DNA from: Ginkgo biloba
Taxonomy: Eukaryota > Plantae > Ginkgophyta
Reading direction: 5' to 3'
DNA: 16,604 nt
Assembly (NCBI GenBank): GCA_024626585.2
Contig: JANKJI020000002.1
Location: 3,521,328-3,537,931, forward strand
Part shown: positions 1 to 9,734 of the stretch, one piece after another
Layout: every line of letters begins with the position of its first letter
Numbering within the stretch: the stretch's first letter is position 1
Translations under genes and position numbers: made by a program
The notes under the pieces: model-generated
What the model was told of the DNA's origin: nothing
What the model saw: only the letters and a program-made list of their open reading frames with translations
The model's database searches: none

Positions 1-426
1 TATCTCTGATGTATTAAGAGAGTAACTTCCTAGGGCTAATCGCTTACCAGTGCACCACAGATTCAGACGGTTGATGGTTTCTTATGGCTAAGCTTCTCCT
101 AACCCTAGAGTTTCTTCAGATACACCCGAAGGTACATAAAATCTTGAGTCTGTATATAAATATTGTCTAATTTTTTGTTCTTTATGAGTCCTTTTCCACC
201 TCACTTCACATGTCAAAACGTGCTTAGCCAATAGAGACAACTCTCTGCAATACTTAAAAAATATTGTCATAGGGTTTCTAACCTAGAACACTACTACAGG
301 AAAAAAAATTAAGGCTAATACCTCCTATTACCCCACTAATTTTACCACTTTCTAGTCACCAAGATCCTATGAGGATGAGGTGAGAGCATATGGTGGGTAG
401 TTACAGTAGGCCACTCACAATACTAT

Positions 427-852
427 TGTTGCAGAATGCGACCCTAGAAAGCGCTTTAATATTACTTATAAGCAACCTACTCCAGTATAAAACATAGAAA
501 CATTCAAGACAAGATTTCACAACATAATAACCACTATCTCATTAATTCAATCCACTTTGAGGGTGAAAACCTCCCAATATAATATTACTCAATACAAAAG
601 ATATCCCAAAGGATTTAGATGAGAATACTTATAGTAGAGATTCTAAGAAGAAGTAGGTTGCATGCAAGACATGTGTCTTACATGCATTTGCATGCAAGAG
701 AGAAGAAGACAAGCGATACAAGAGTTGAGAGGAAGTAGTGGTGAGAATATAGAAATAGCTATGGGTTGGGTTTATTACAGTAAAGATATTGTGGTGGCAA
801 TGGAATATCTTACTAATGGATTAAAGCTTGAACTTTGCTTGACATTTCAACC
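427..852 (-). mobile_element. Probable solo LTR (~426 bp), reverse orientation
   Basis: The + strand begins TGTTG at 427 and ends CAAC(C) at ~852, an imperfect TG..CA terminal inverted repeat. On the minus strand there is a TATA-like TATAAGTA (633-626) followed by a U5-like T-rich segment (GGTTTTCACC...AAATCTTGTC) ending CAACA. It abuts the integrase relic. No clear TSD. Confidence 0.4.
659..696. promoter_or_regulatory. Palindrome with three clustered RY (CATGCA) motifs
   Basis: TGCATGCAAGACA-TG-TGTCTTACATGCA (659-686) has 13-bp arms with 1 mismatch. CATGCA occurs at 661, 681 and 691. Function untested. Confidence 0.4.
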
Positions 853-864
853 AGAAATAGAGTT

Positions 865-1660
865 GAACTTTTGTACGAGAATGTGATCATGGCATTTGGA
901 TATCCAATAAGATTGAAAAATGATTGTGGGAGACATTTTATCAATCTTAGAGCAAAATTCATGATTGCACACCATGAATCAGACCTGTATTACCCAAGAA
1001 CCAATTGAAAAGAAATTGTGATGAGTGAGATCTTGGTTCAATGCTCTATAAAACAAGCTAGAGTAGATAATAGAGAGATGGCAGAATAATTGCTGGCGGC
1101 TCTGTGGGCTTTTCGTGCTGCTTGCATGGTTACTATTGACCACACTTTGTTTCAGCTCATGTATGGAGCCAAGGCATTGTTTCTATTAGAATTTATAATG
1201 CTAAGCTGAAGAGTTGCTATAGCTAATTGATTTGGAGATCACAAATTTGTTTAAAAGAATGCCTGAAAGTGACTAAAGATTGATTAAAAAGGAACCTNNN
1301 NNNNNNNNNNNNNNNNNNNNNNNNNNNNNNNNNNNNNNNNNNNNNNNNNNNNNNNNNNNNNNNNNNNNNNNNNNNNNNNNNNNNNNNNNNNNNNNNNAAC
1401 CTTGGCTCAATGGGCAACTAGTATTGCTCAGAGAATGCTGAAAAGCATGGCATGACAAGCATTTTCAAGAAAAGAATATCCAGCAGGGATCGTGGATATT
1501 GGAGTCAGAAAAGGAATCATCAAACCAAGAAATTAAATATCAAGTGGCTTGGACCTTTCCAGGTTGACCTACTATTGGAAAATGCGGCAGAGCAACTACT
1601 TAACATGGGTGGAAGCAAATATGAAAGGACTGTCAATGGTTCAAAGGTCAAGGTGTAGAA
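865..1660 (+). mobile_element. Degenerate Ty3/Gypsy (non-chromovirus, Athila/Tat-like) integrase: rve core plus GPY/F domain
   Basis: Manual translation across frameshifts gives LYENVIMAFGYPIRLKNDCGRHFIN...HHESDLYYPRTN...LLAALWAFRAACMVTIDHTLFQLMYGAKALFLLEF. After the gap it reads KLNIKWLGPFQV...ENAAEQL...VNGSKVKV. Multiple stops and frameshifts; spans an N gap at 1298-1397. Confidence 0.85.
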
Positions 1661-2911
1661 GTGGTCATGGAAGGACAAATATCAGGATTGGGAAGTTAGT
1701 TTTGTTCATCAAGAAGCAGTACAATTTTCTGCAGATGTGGTTAGATTGAGACAACTTCTTGTGCAAAGTGAGTCCCGACAGCAAGGTGTATTAACCTATC
1801 TCTTGAACATGAAACATACTTTCTTCTTGTATCTCTAGATGCTATTGCACATAAAAATGGCAAATGGAATGAAGCAGTGCCCAATAAAATGTTAGAATTC
1901 GGAAGAGTTCAAATTGGATGATGAATTACTAAAATAGGAAGTGCAAAAATGCATTGCTTAAAAATAGTCATGCAAACACCACAAATTCAATTCTTTCGCC
2001 TGACAATGAGACAACTGTAAAAATAACAAACCAGATAATTCAATGTGAAAAAATATGAAGCCAGCAAAAGCAAAGCTGATTGAAGATCAAGCAGCTTCAA
2101 AACTTCTTTAAAAAAATTGAACTTGCTAAATATCTGGGAGCAAGGATGTTGGTTATATGAAGGCTTGTACAGACTAAGTGCAAAAACTTTTGGGGGAAAA
2201 TTAAGTTTATTTTTAGAAATTGTAATTTCATCAATATTTTCATGAAGGGCAGATTTTTGGCACTTGAAGTGTATGTGGTTGGGAGCCTTACATTTGGACG
2301 GAGTAACAACTTGTTCAGATGGTTGGAGGCACCCTGTTTTGCTTCAAATAAATGATTTTACTTATTTTAAATACTTTCTTGGAATGGCAGACAAAAATGT
2401 AGAACAATGTTGTTTGTTTTGTCATTATCTCAAGCACTTTCTATAATGGCAAAAGCACAAAATTTATTGGATANNNNNNNNNNNNNNNNNNNNNNNNNNN
2501 NNNNNNNNNNNNNNNNNNNNNNNNNNNNNNNNNNNNNNNNNNNNNNNNNNNNNNNNNNNNNNNNNNNNNNNNNNNNNNNNNNNNNNNNNNNNNNNNNNNN
2601 NNNNNNNNNNNNNNNNNNNNNNNNNNNNNNNNNNNNNNNNNNNNNNNNNNNNNNNNNNNNNNNNNNNNNNNNNNNNNNNNNNNNNNNNNNNNNNNNNNNN
2701 NNNNNNNNNNNNNNNNNNNNNNNNNNNNNNNNNNNNNNNNNNNNNNNNNNNNNNNNNNNNNNNNNNNNNNNNNNNNNNNNNNNNNNNNNNNNNNNNNNNN
2801 NNNNNNNNNNNNNNNNNNNNNNNNNNNNNNNNNNNNNNNNNNNNNNNNNNNNNNNNNNNNNNNNNNNNNNNNNNNNNNNNNNNNNNNNNNNNNNNNNNNN
2901 NNNNNNNNNNN

Positions 2912-5137
2912 TGGAAGCATGGTATGCAGTGGATCACTCATAAATGCATTAATGGTAGCATGAGTGGCTAGATGATCTATTGTTGCAGGAAGCCCTAGAA
3001 AATGCAAGGGTAGATCATTACATCACTGCACCTGTGCATTCAAGAAGTTCTAGTTGGGTGTGATCTTGACACTGGGGTCATTTGTCTTTATGGGAAGGAG
3101 GTAACATTGGAAGCAATTGATTTTTAGAGGTTATTGGCATTACTTGCCAGGGCAAAAGAGATCGCAAAACTGAAATAGGCTAAGGGGGCAATAATTATTG
3201 AATTTGTTGGTTTTATGGTAATACTGATTTTGATTATACACAATTAAAAGTGGAGGCACTCAAAAGTGATGACTATTAATTTGTTGCAGCTCTGCTATAG
3301 TGTTGGCTGACTGGAAAGCAATGGTGCAATGATTTACTGTTTTGGATAGTTATCCGAAGGGGCTAATACAAGGGATAGTGTATGATTGAGCAATTTACTA
3401 TGTTATGATGCAACAAGACCTGCCTTGGAACCTGTCACAGTTGGCCTACTTTCCCTATGGCATTGGCATGTATATGATCACTTAAGATCCAACATTGAAA
3501 GAGTAAAGGAGTTTACGATTGGAGCAAGTTAGTAGTCCTCCTCGTGTAACAGAGATAAAAAAGAAGAGGGCTTATCTCAGATGATGTTGATGGTGAGGAG
3601 GTAATGTAAATAGAAGAAGATGAGAGTGTGGAAGCTTTGCAAGAGGATTTTGAAAGTAAAGATGAAGAGTTGCAGATGACTCGAGCATTTTCCACATTTC
3701 TTCAGAAGAACATATGATGTATGTTGATGACTTTGTAGATCTTTGAGGATTCACAAGTTTTTCTCCTATGGTTACAAGGGCCACCTGATTTTCGGGAGGA
3801 GCATTGGAGGCTCACTGCCAATTAGACAAAGTGCCTGGAAACTCTCATGATGAAGAAGTAGAGATGGAGAAAGGAAGAGAAGGGTCATCAAAACATATTG
3901 AACACGTGGAAGAAATAGGCAAGGGGGGTTCCAGTGCACTGGATATTCCTATGAGGAGCTGCCCTCATCTGATGGAGGGAGAAATGAGTGAAGAAGAGGA
4001 CAAGAAACACAAAAGATGCAAGAGGAGACTTTTCTTAGGATTGCAGACAGTTGTGATGAGGCAATGGCTTGGGCACAGGGGCTTGTGGGGGTAGGTGATA
4101 GGTTGAAGACTCATGTCCTTGAGGAGGTGGTCAAATGAATACATTCATGGCAGCAAGAGAAGGTTGTATTATAGAAGAATTAGAAAGCTTTTAAGTTAAA
4201 GGGGGAAGGAGAGGAACTACAAAGAAGTTGAGGGGCACTTGGTGGAGAAATCCAACCAGCATCAAATATGTTGCCTTGGTTGGAGGGGAATGGACATGAC
4301 ATGCAGGAGATTAATCAACTATATCCAGAAGGTGGACTGGTTGAAACGACTAATGGGCCATTGTAAACAAGAAGCAAAGGATGCTAAAGCAACCAAGGAA
4401 GTGGCAACAACATGAGTGGTTGAGCAGAAACAGTGGGACGATCTTTTTGGAGTAGAACAATTTGTGTGGGCTAGGGTTTTATACATGGCAACTGATATAC
4501 AGAAGGAAAATAAGAAGCTAAATATACAGTTGGAAGATAGAAGGATGAAATTGATCCCATGCAGCCTTCCTTTTCTGTATTCACTTCTTTGCCATCATGC
4601 ATATGATCAAGGGTCTGCTACGATTTCTTTGCATCAGCCATGCCAGTTATTGCGCCTACTCTGCTTGACATCTAGCACACAGGGCATCATACCATCTGAT
4701 CCTAGTACATAACATACTGCCATACTTGGGTCGATGCCATCTATTCCCACTGTGATATTGTAGACTCGGCCAGTTACACTGAGGGGGCTTACTGCCCTTC
4801 TCAACCACTGCCTTTCCTACCAATATTTTCTCTACCAGTGCCTTTTGAATCCCACAGCTATTGCATTCCAGCTATTTACCTTGGGAGATAGTAGATCATC
4901 TTTACTGNNNNNNNNNNTTCCTACCGCACAACCAGCAGCATCTACATTAGTACCTGACTACGTCTTTGCACAGATTACAACCATGGGTTTAACAGTGGCC
5001 ATGGTAGCAGCTCCTTCCGAGTTGACCTGGAAGACACTATATTAGTTTAAGTTTCTATTTTGGCTTCTATTACTGTTTCAGCTTTGACTTAAGCTTCTGG
5101 TATGGTGTCTATTGCGGCTTCAGATTGAGTTACTTCT
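2912..5137 (+). pseudogene. Decayed long ORF, probably an additional 3' ORF of the Gypsy element
   Basis: Coding-like blocks broken by stops and frameshifts: YGKEVTLEAIDF / QLKVEALKSDDY*FVAALL*CWLTGK / GLIQGIVYD*A (~3090-3400), an acidic region (DDVDGEE...EEDESVEALQEDFESKDEE), a coiled-coil-like block (4370-4560) and an S/T/P/A-rich tail. Same strand as, and downstream of, the integrase at 865-1660. No family firmly recognised. Confidence 0.4.
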
Positions 5138-5287
5138 ANNNNNNNNNNNNNNNNNNNNNNNNNNNNNNNNNNNNNNNNNNNNNNNNNNNNNNNNNNNNNN
5201 NNNNNNNNNNNNNNNNNNNNNNNNNNNNNNNNNTGACAACTTGACATTGGTATAAAATGTAATTTGGACTCTTTGAACAAACTTTTA

Positions 5288-5432
5288 TTAGGATGTGCTC
5301 AACCTTCTCTTAATTAGGATTGCTTTTACACTAATGGGAGGAGATTAGTGGACAGTTGGTTAGGATGTGCCCGACCTTCTCTTAATTAGGACTGCTTTTA
5401 AACTAATGGGAGGAGATTAGTGGGACAGTTGG
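5288..5432 (+). repeat. Direct tandem duplication, 2 x 72-73 bp
   Basis: TTAGGATGTGCTCAACCTTCTCTTAATTAGGATTGCTTTTACACTAATGGGAGGAGATTAGTGGACAGTTGG (5288-5359) is repeated at 5360-5432 with about 4 substitutions and a 1-nt indel. Confidence 0.95.
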
Positions 5433-5566
5433 GGAGTTGTTTACAAGACAGTTGCACGACAGTTGTNNNNNNNNNNNNNNNNNNNNNNNNNNNNNNNNNN
5501 NNNNNNNNNNNNNNNNNNNNNNNNNNNNNNNNNNNNNNNNNNNNNNNNNNNNNNNNNNNNNNNNNN

Positions 5567-6217
5567 TGGTTAGCATTAAACTCGAAAATAGCTAAATTAT
5601 AAAATATTCATGTTAAATACATAATTTTTAATAAACCAAGCCAAATCTAGATGATTTTTCTTGGCTTTTCCTTGAATTTGTCACTTGAGAAAAAATTAGG
5701 AAAGTACATATTGTTGTATAGGTCATATCTCCCTAACCGTAACATGTATTAACATGATTCTGAACAAAAAATCATCCATTTTATGTGTACCACAACATTG
5801 TAAAAGAAAGTTTCTTCAAACTTGCAATAGTTTGGCCAAAATCTATGTTACAAAGAAAGATATCAAGAAAAAAAGGGGGAAGTATAGCTTGTGGCAAAGG
5901 CCAGATTTTGTTAACTTTAACTCGAATTGATATGCTCCTTGAATGAAAAATTATAAGATTTCAAGACCTATATTTTTTCAGAAGAAAATTTCTTAAAATT
6001 CTTAACTATTTGACCACAATCTGTAATGTAATGAAAGGTTCAATTTTATAAATACTTTTTTTTTTCTCTCTCTCAATATATACTAAATTTTTAACCAATA
6101 TGACTACCACCCACCCTCTAATCCATACCATGTAAGGTTAGAATTATCGTATATACATTCACCACTAAAATTTTAAACAAAAACATTATAATCAAAATTG
6201 AGGATGCCCCTACATCT
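5567..6217 (-). mobile_element. Probable 3' LTR of a CRM-type chromovirus (distal boundary not defined)
   Basis: Starts immediately after the polypurine tract with AGATGTAGGGGCATC, resembling the TGATG start of CRM LTRs. AT-rich and non-coding thereafter; runs toward the N gap ending at 5566. Confidence 0.5.
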
Positions 6218-6477
6218 TCCTCCCCTTGCTAAAAGCTCAATTAATGTGTACGAAGGAATGAAGCTAATTTTTTAGAATCAAACTTCTCAAATTCAATTCA
6301 CTAATCCAAGCATTATTTTTTTGAAATCCCTTTCCATCTCACCAAATATTGCTTGTAATTTCCCTTTCTCATCAATCACATCCTGAATTTTCTCCCTCTT
6401 ATTCTTTGGAACATGATCTTCTCACTTAGGTACCTCCTCAATTTCATTTGCAACTTTCTCTCATCTATAAAAAGCAT
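6200..6477 (-). mobile_element. Chromovirus (CRM-like) integrase C-terminus with chromodomain and PPT, degenerate
   Basis: The minus strand reads AFYR*EKVANEIEEVPK*EDHVPKNKREKIQDVIDEK /fs/ GNYKQYLVRWKGISK /fs/ NAWISE ... LSF*QGEEDVGAS. YLVRWKG...W is the chromodomain signature. PPT AAGGGGAGGAAGA is at 6227-6215, and the reading frame runs through the PPT into the LTR, as in the CRM clade. Confidence 0.78.
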
Positions 6478-7143
6478 GTCGGTCTTTTGCTGAAGCTCTT
6501 TCTGTAAATGTAGTTTATTATTCATCAATTCTTCTGCCTTCAACTCTTGCTCCAACAACCTTTGCTTAAGTTCGTTGTATTCCTGACGGAGCTGCACCAA
6601 TTCATTATTTTGCTCGTTATCTGGTGATATTTGAGCATGTTGGCCATCAAGCTTAGACTGGAGGGATGCAACTATTATCTCTAGTTCATCCCTGCAATGT
6701 TTCATCTCATCCAACTCTACATCCGTATACCTCAACATTTCTTTTAATGAACTAAGCTCATTGTCGAGTTGCTCTCTTTCCAGATTAGCTTTCTGCAAAA
6801 TAAATTCTAGCTCTGCCTTTTCTGCTTTGCAACTGTCTAAACATATTCTATTACTCTCAAGTTCAGCATTCACTGCCTTATATTTATTAACCTTTTGAAC
6901 AAGGTCACTCTTTTCATTCAAAACAGATTGTATCTCTGTCTCTAACGTCAAAAGTTTGATCGACAACTCTTCATTTCTTCTTGTGTATTGCATTTCACGT
7001 TCATTCCGAACCTCAAGTTCCCTCCATGCTTCTTGCAGATTTAGAAATAACTCCTCCCCATGTTTCTTTGACAGAACCAGTTGGGTCAGAAGTTCTTGCT
7101 CCTTGGCTTCACACTGCTCTTTGATGAATGCAATCCTCAAAGT
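6478..7143 (-). pseudogene. Fragment of a plant long coiled-coil protein gene (At1g22060-like, NT-C2/EEIG1 domain family, C-terminal coiled-coil repeat)
   Basis: 222 uninterrupted codons: TLRIAFIKEQCEAKEQELLTQLVLSKKHGEELFLNLQEA...NEELSIKLLTLETEIQS...AELESNRICLDSCKAEKAELE...ELEIIVASLQSKLDGQHAQI...NELKQRLLEQELKAEEL...KTD. This matches recalled family motifs SLRIAFIKEQYE..LSKKHSEEML.KLQDA, SLECCKEEK and NEL..RLSEQ.LKTEEFK. No credible start codon or splice sites at the homology boundaries. Confidence 0.75.
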
Positions 7144-7670
7144 CCATTTGATGTGCATCTTTCTGTGACTGTGCAATGATTGTCTTCTTCCTTGCACCGA
7201 CTGCACGCTCTTGCATCAATGCTATCTAGACCTGTACCTTAGGAATCTCTTATTTATTTGTCATTGCTATCCTGCAATTCATAATTTGACTTGATGTGCA
7301 TTCTTTTGGATGTATGCAGCAAACATATTCCATTTTCATATCTGTAGATTTCTTCAGGGCTGACTTTGATATATGGCAAGTTTTATTTGCCTCCTGTAGT
7401 ATTGAATACATGTTGAAGTTGCTTCCCCATTTATCCTCTTGGCCCATCTTTTATTACATCTAGTGTCTGTAGGTTGTTTACATCACATTCAGTTTCCTGT
7501 AGGCTGCTTTTAAAGTGCAATTTTGCCCCACAAGCTTTTACATTTGGAGTCACGATATGTTTCTCTTCAGATTGAGCCCTCCCAATTGATGAAATTGAAA
7601 GGTTTTGAACACTTGATCAAACAGGGAGTCCAGGGTAGTTTCTCTATGTGATTTATTTAGACAAGTAAAC
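7144..7670 (-). pseudogene. Possible decayed exon fragment of an unidentified gene
   Basis: An acceptor-like TTGTCTTATATTTCCTGGACAG|G (AG at 7672-7671) is followed by long open stretches in alternating frames: SSVQNLSISSIGRAQSEEKHIVTPNVK...; MGQEDKWGS...; TGLDSIDARACSRCKEEDNHC. No recognised homology. Confidence 0.25.
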
Positions 7671-8589
7671 CTGTCCAGGAAATATAAGACAATTAATTTA
7701 TAATTGGATGACTGTACAGATGCTGTATATTTCACAATCGACAAATTCAATTTAGTCTACAACCTACAACAGCCTTGCTATTATGGGTTTCAGAGTTATA
7801 TGAATAGCAGTAACAATGTCGGAACACAACTGTAGATCGTATCATCATTCATAGTTTTCATTTCAAGGGGATCACTTGATTGCATTGCAACTATAAATGA
7901 GAGTACTATGAGGAGTTGATTTGAATAACTGGTCTTACTATGTCAGATGAAAATCTCCCATGGAGTCTAATAGGGTCGAAATTGGCCATGTTCAGTTTGT
8001 CTGTCTCCTAACAAATACTGTTTCTGAACAAGTTCAATAATCTGTATACATCACTTGGATATTAAATTAAGCTTTGTCGTCTTGCTTTTAACATCCAATG
8101 TAAAATTTCAGTGTGGAGACTGGCAGTGAAATATCTTATACAATATTAAGGGAGAGAGATTTTTGAACGGCGGGTAATTGGGAAGGTTAAATTGCCTACT
8201 ATAGAATGATTCTTGTCGTTTANNNNNNNNNNNNNNNNNNNNNNNNNNNNNNNTCAATCTGTTGATAATGTGGTTTGTGATTGGGTTTTAAGTTGCCATT
8301 TAAATTGGATGTATTATGTATTTGAGTAGGAAATGGGGTTTTGTCTACATCTCTATGTTGTTTCTTGTAGAATTATTTTTCTCTTAATTAACTGAAATAG
8401 GAGATGAGTATATATTTGATACATGTGAAAATTCATTTCTGACTCGATTTAGAGGCACTTTTTCCTCACTATGACCGTGTTTGGTTCGTNNNNNNNNNNN
8501 NNNNNNNNNNNNNNNNNNNNNNNNNNNNNNNNNNNNNNNNNNNNNNNNNNNNNNNNNNNNNNNNNNNNNNNNNNNNNNNNNNNNNNNNN

Positions 8590-9409
8590 AGACCAAATGA
8601 TGGTTTAAGTGGGTCCCACTGGGTTAACCCATATTTTACCAACAGGAGGAAAGCTAGGAGACTCACAACCCATCCCAACATGAAGAATCGCAACTCAAGA
8701 ATTAGAGGAGAAAAAGGCAAAAGGACTATGCTTCAAGTGTAATAATAAATAGTCTAAGGGGCATAAGTGCTCTGAAAAAAGACTATTTATTATAGAGGAT
8801 AACTATGAAGAATAAGGAGAAGAAATCAATGATGAGTAACCCTAAGGGAATCATCCAATGGAAGAAGAGGAAGAACTGGCCATAGTTTCTATTCATGCAT
8901 TGGTCGGGGTTGCCCCACCCCAAACTCTCAAAATAGAGGAACATATAAAAAAACAAAAGGTCATGGTGTTAGATTGACTCTGGAAGCATGCATAATTTCA
9001 TTATGAGGAGATTGGATGAACAATTAAATTGTTTCACTTACTCGGTCAATTTTGTAGGTAATGATCCCCAATTGGGGATCCATCTCGTGTGGAGGGAAGT
9101 GTCATAACATTGAAATAACTATGGGAGAATATCAATTATCTACGACTATGTATGCCATTCCTATTGGTGGAGTTGATGCGGTACTTGGAGTATAATGGTC
9201 CAAAATGCTAGGTTCATTTTCAATGAACCTAGAAGAAGTCTATCAAGTTCCAAATAGATTGGAGGCAATATTCGTTATAAGGGTTTATCTCACCTCTCAT
9301 CCAAGTAATTAACTCGCAGAAAATGGAAAATATGATAAAGAAGGGGGCTAGCAGCCTCATTGCGAGATGTTATGCCATTGAAGGATGTCAATCCAAGGCA
9401 TCGCTAACT
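8590..9409 (+). mobile_element. Degenerate Ty3/Gypsy chromovirus (Reina/IFG-like) gag zinc knuckle plus aspartic protease
   Basis: ELEEKKAKGLCFKCNNK*SKGHKC (zinc knuckle), VSIHALVG..PPQTLKI, IDSGSMHNFI (DSG at 8976-8984), CGGKCHNIEITMGEY, YAIPIGGVDAVLGV*W, QVINSQKMENMIKKG. Several stops and frameshifts. Confidence 0.9.
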
Positions 9410-9734
9410 TGTGACGGTGCGAGAAGCAAGAAAACGACTCCACCAAACGATCTAGAAGATCAAGACAGGGTGTTCACTTTACTCCTATGATGAACAAAAA
9501 CTTCAAAAGGAAAGTATAGAGCACTGCACAGGCAACACAATTGCCTCACGACTTGCATAATGCTAGTACATCTTAGATGTTGTAGAGAAAAGAGAAACAA
9601 AGACGGAGAACCAATCTTAATGTAACTCTTCACATATAACTCTATGCTTCCTTCCTATGTAATTGACTACTTAATTGAATTGAATAATAGAATTGGAATA
9701 ATTACTTATGAAATCTCTACCTACGAGTACAACC
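9410..9734. mobile_element. LTR-like insertion interrupting the gag-protease relic
   Basis: Pol homology stops abruptly at 9409. The sequence switches at TGTGACGG to non-coding A-rich DNA resembling a reverse-oriented LTR. The other end is lost in the gap. Confidence 0.3.

Noticed and set aside
1-300. Possible LTR end or promoter (TATATAAATA at ~153)
   Set aside because: No matching terminus, PBS or second copy is visible, so there is insufficient support.
2407-3007. Long ORFs of 157-188 aa in the ORF track
   Set aside because: Almost entirely N-gap (X) residues. The same artefact explains the ORFs at 12989-13933, 13015-13707, 9644-10069, 11590-11970 and the others that span gaps.
5288-5432. 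CRISPR-like array
   Set aside because: Only two adjacent units with no spacers, in a eukaryotic context.
6956-7168. 70-aa + strand ORF
   Set aside because: Antisense shadow of the coiled-coil frame. The ORFs at 10311-10665 and 11336-11563 are similarly shadows of the integrase.
6376-7206. 276-aa ORF as a complete stand-alone gene
   Set aside because: It starts at GTG. The first ~21 residues show no family homology and the last ~33 are out-of-frame chromovirus sequence. Only 6478-7143 is host-like.
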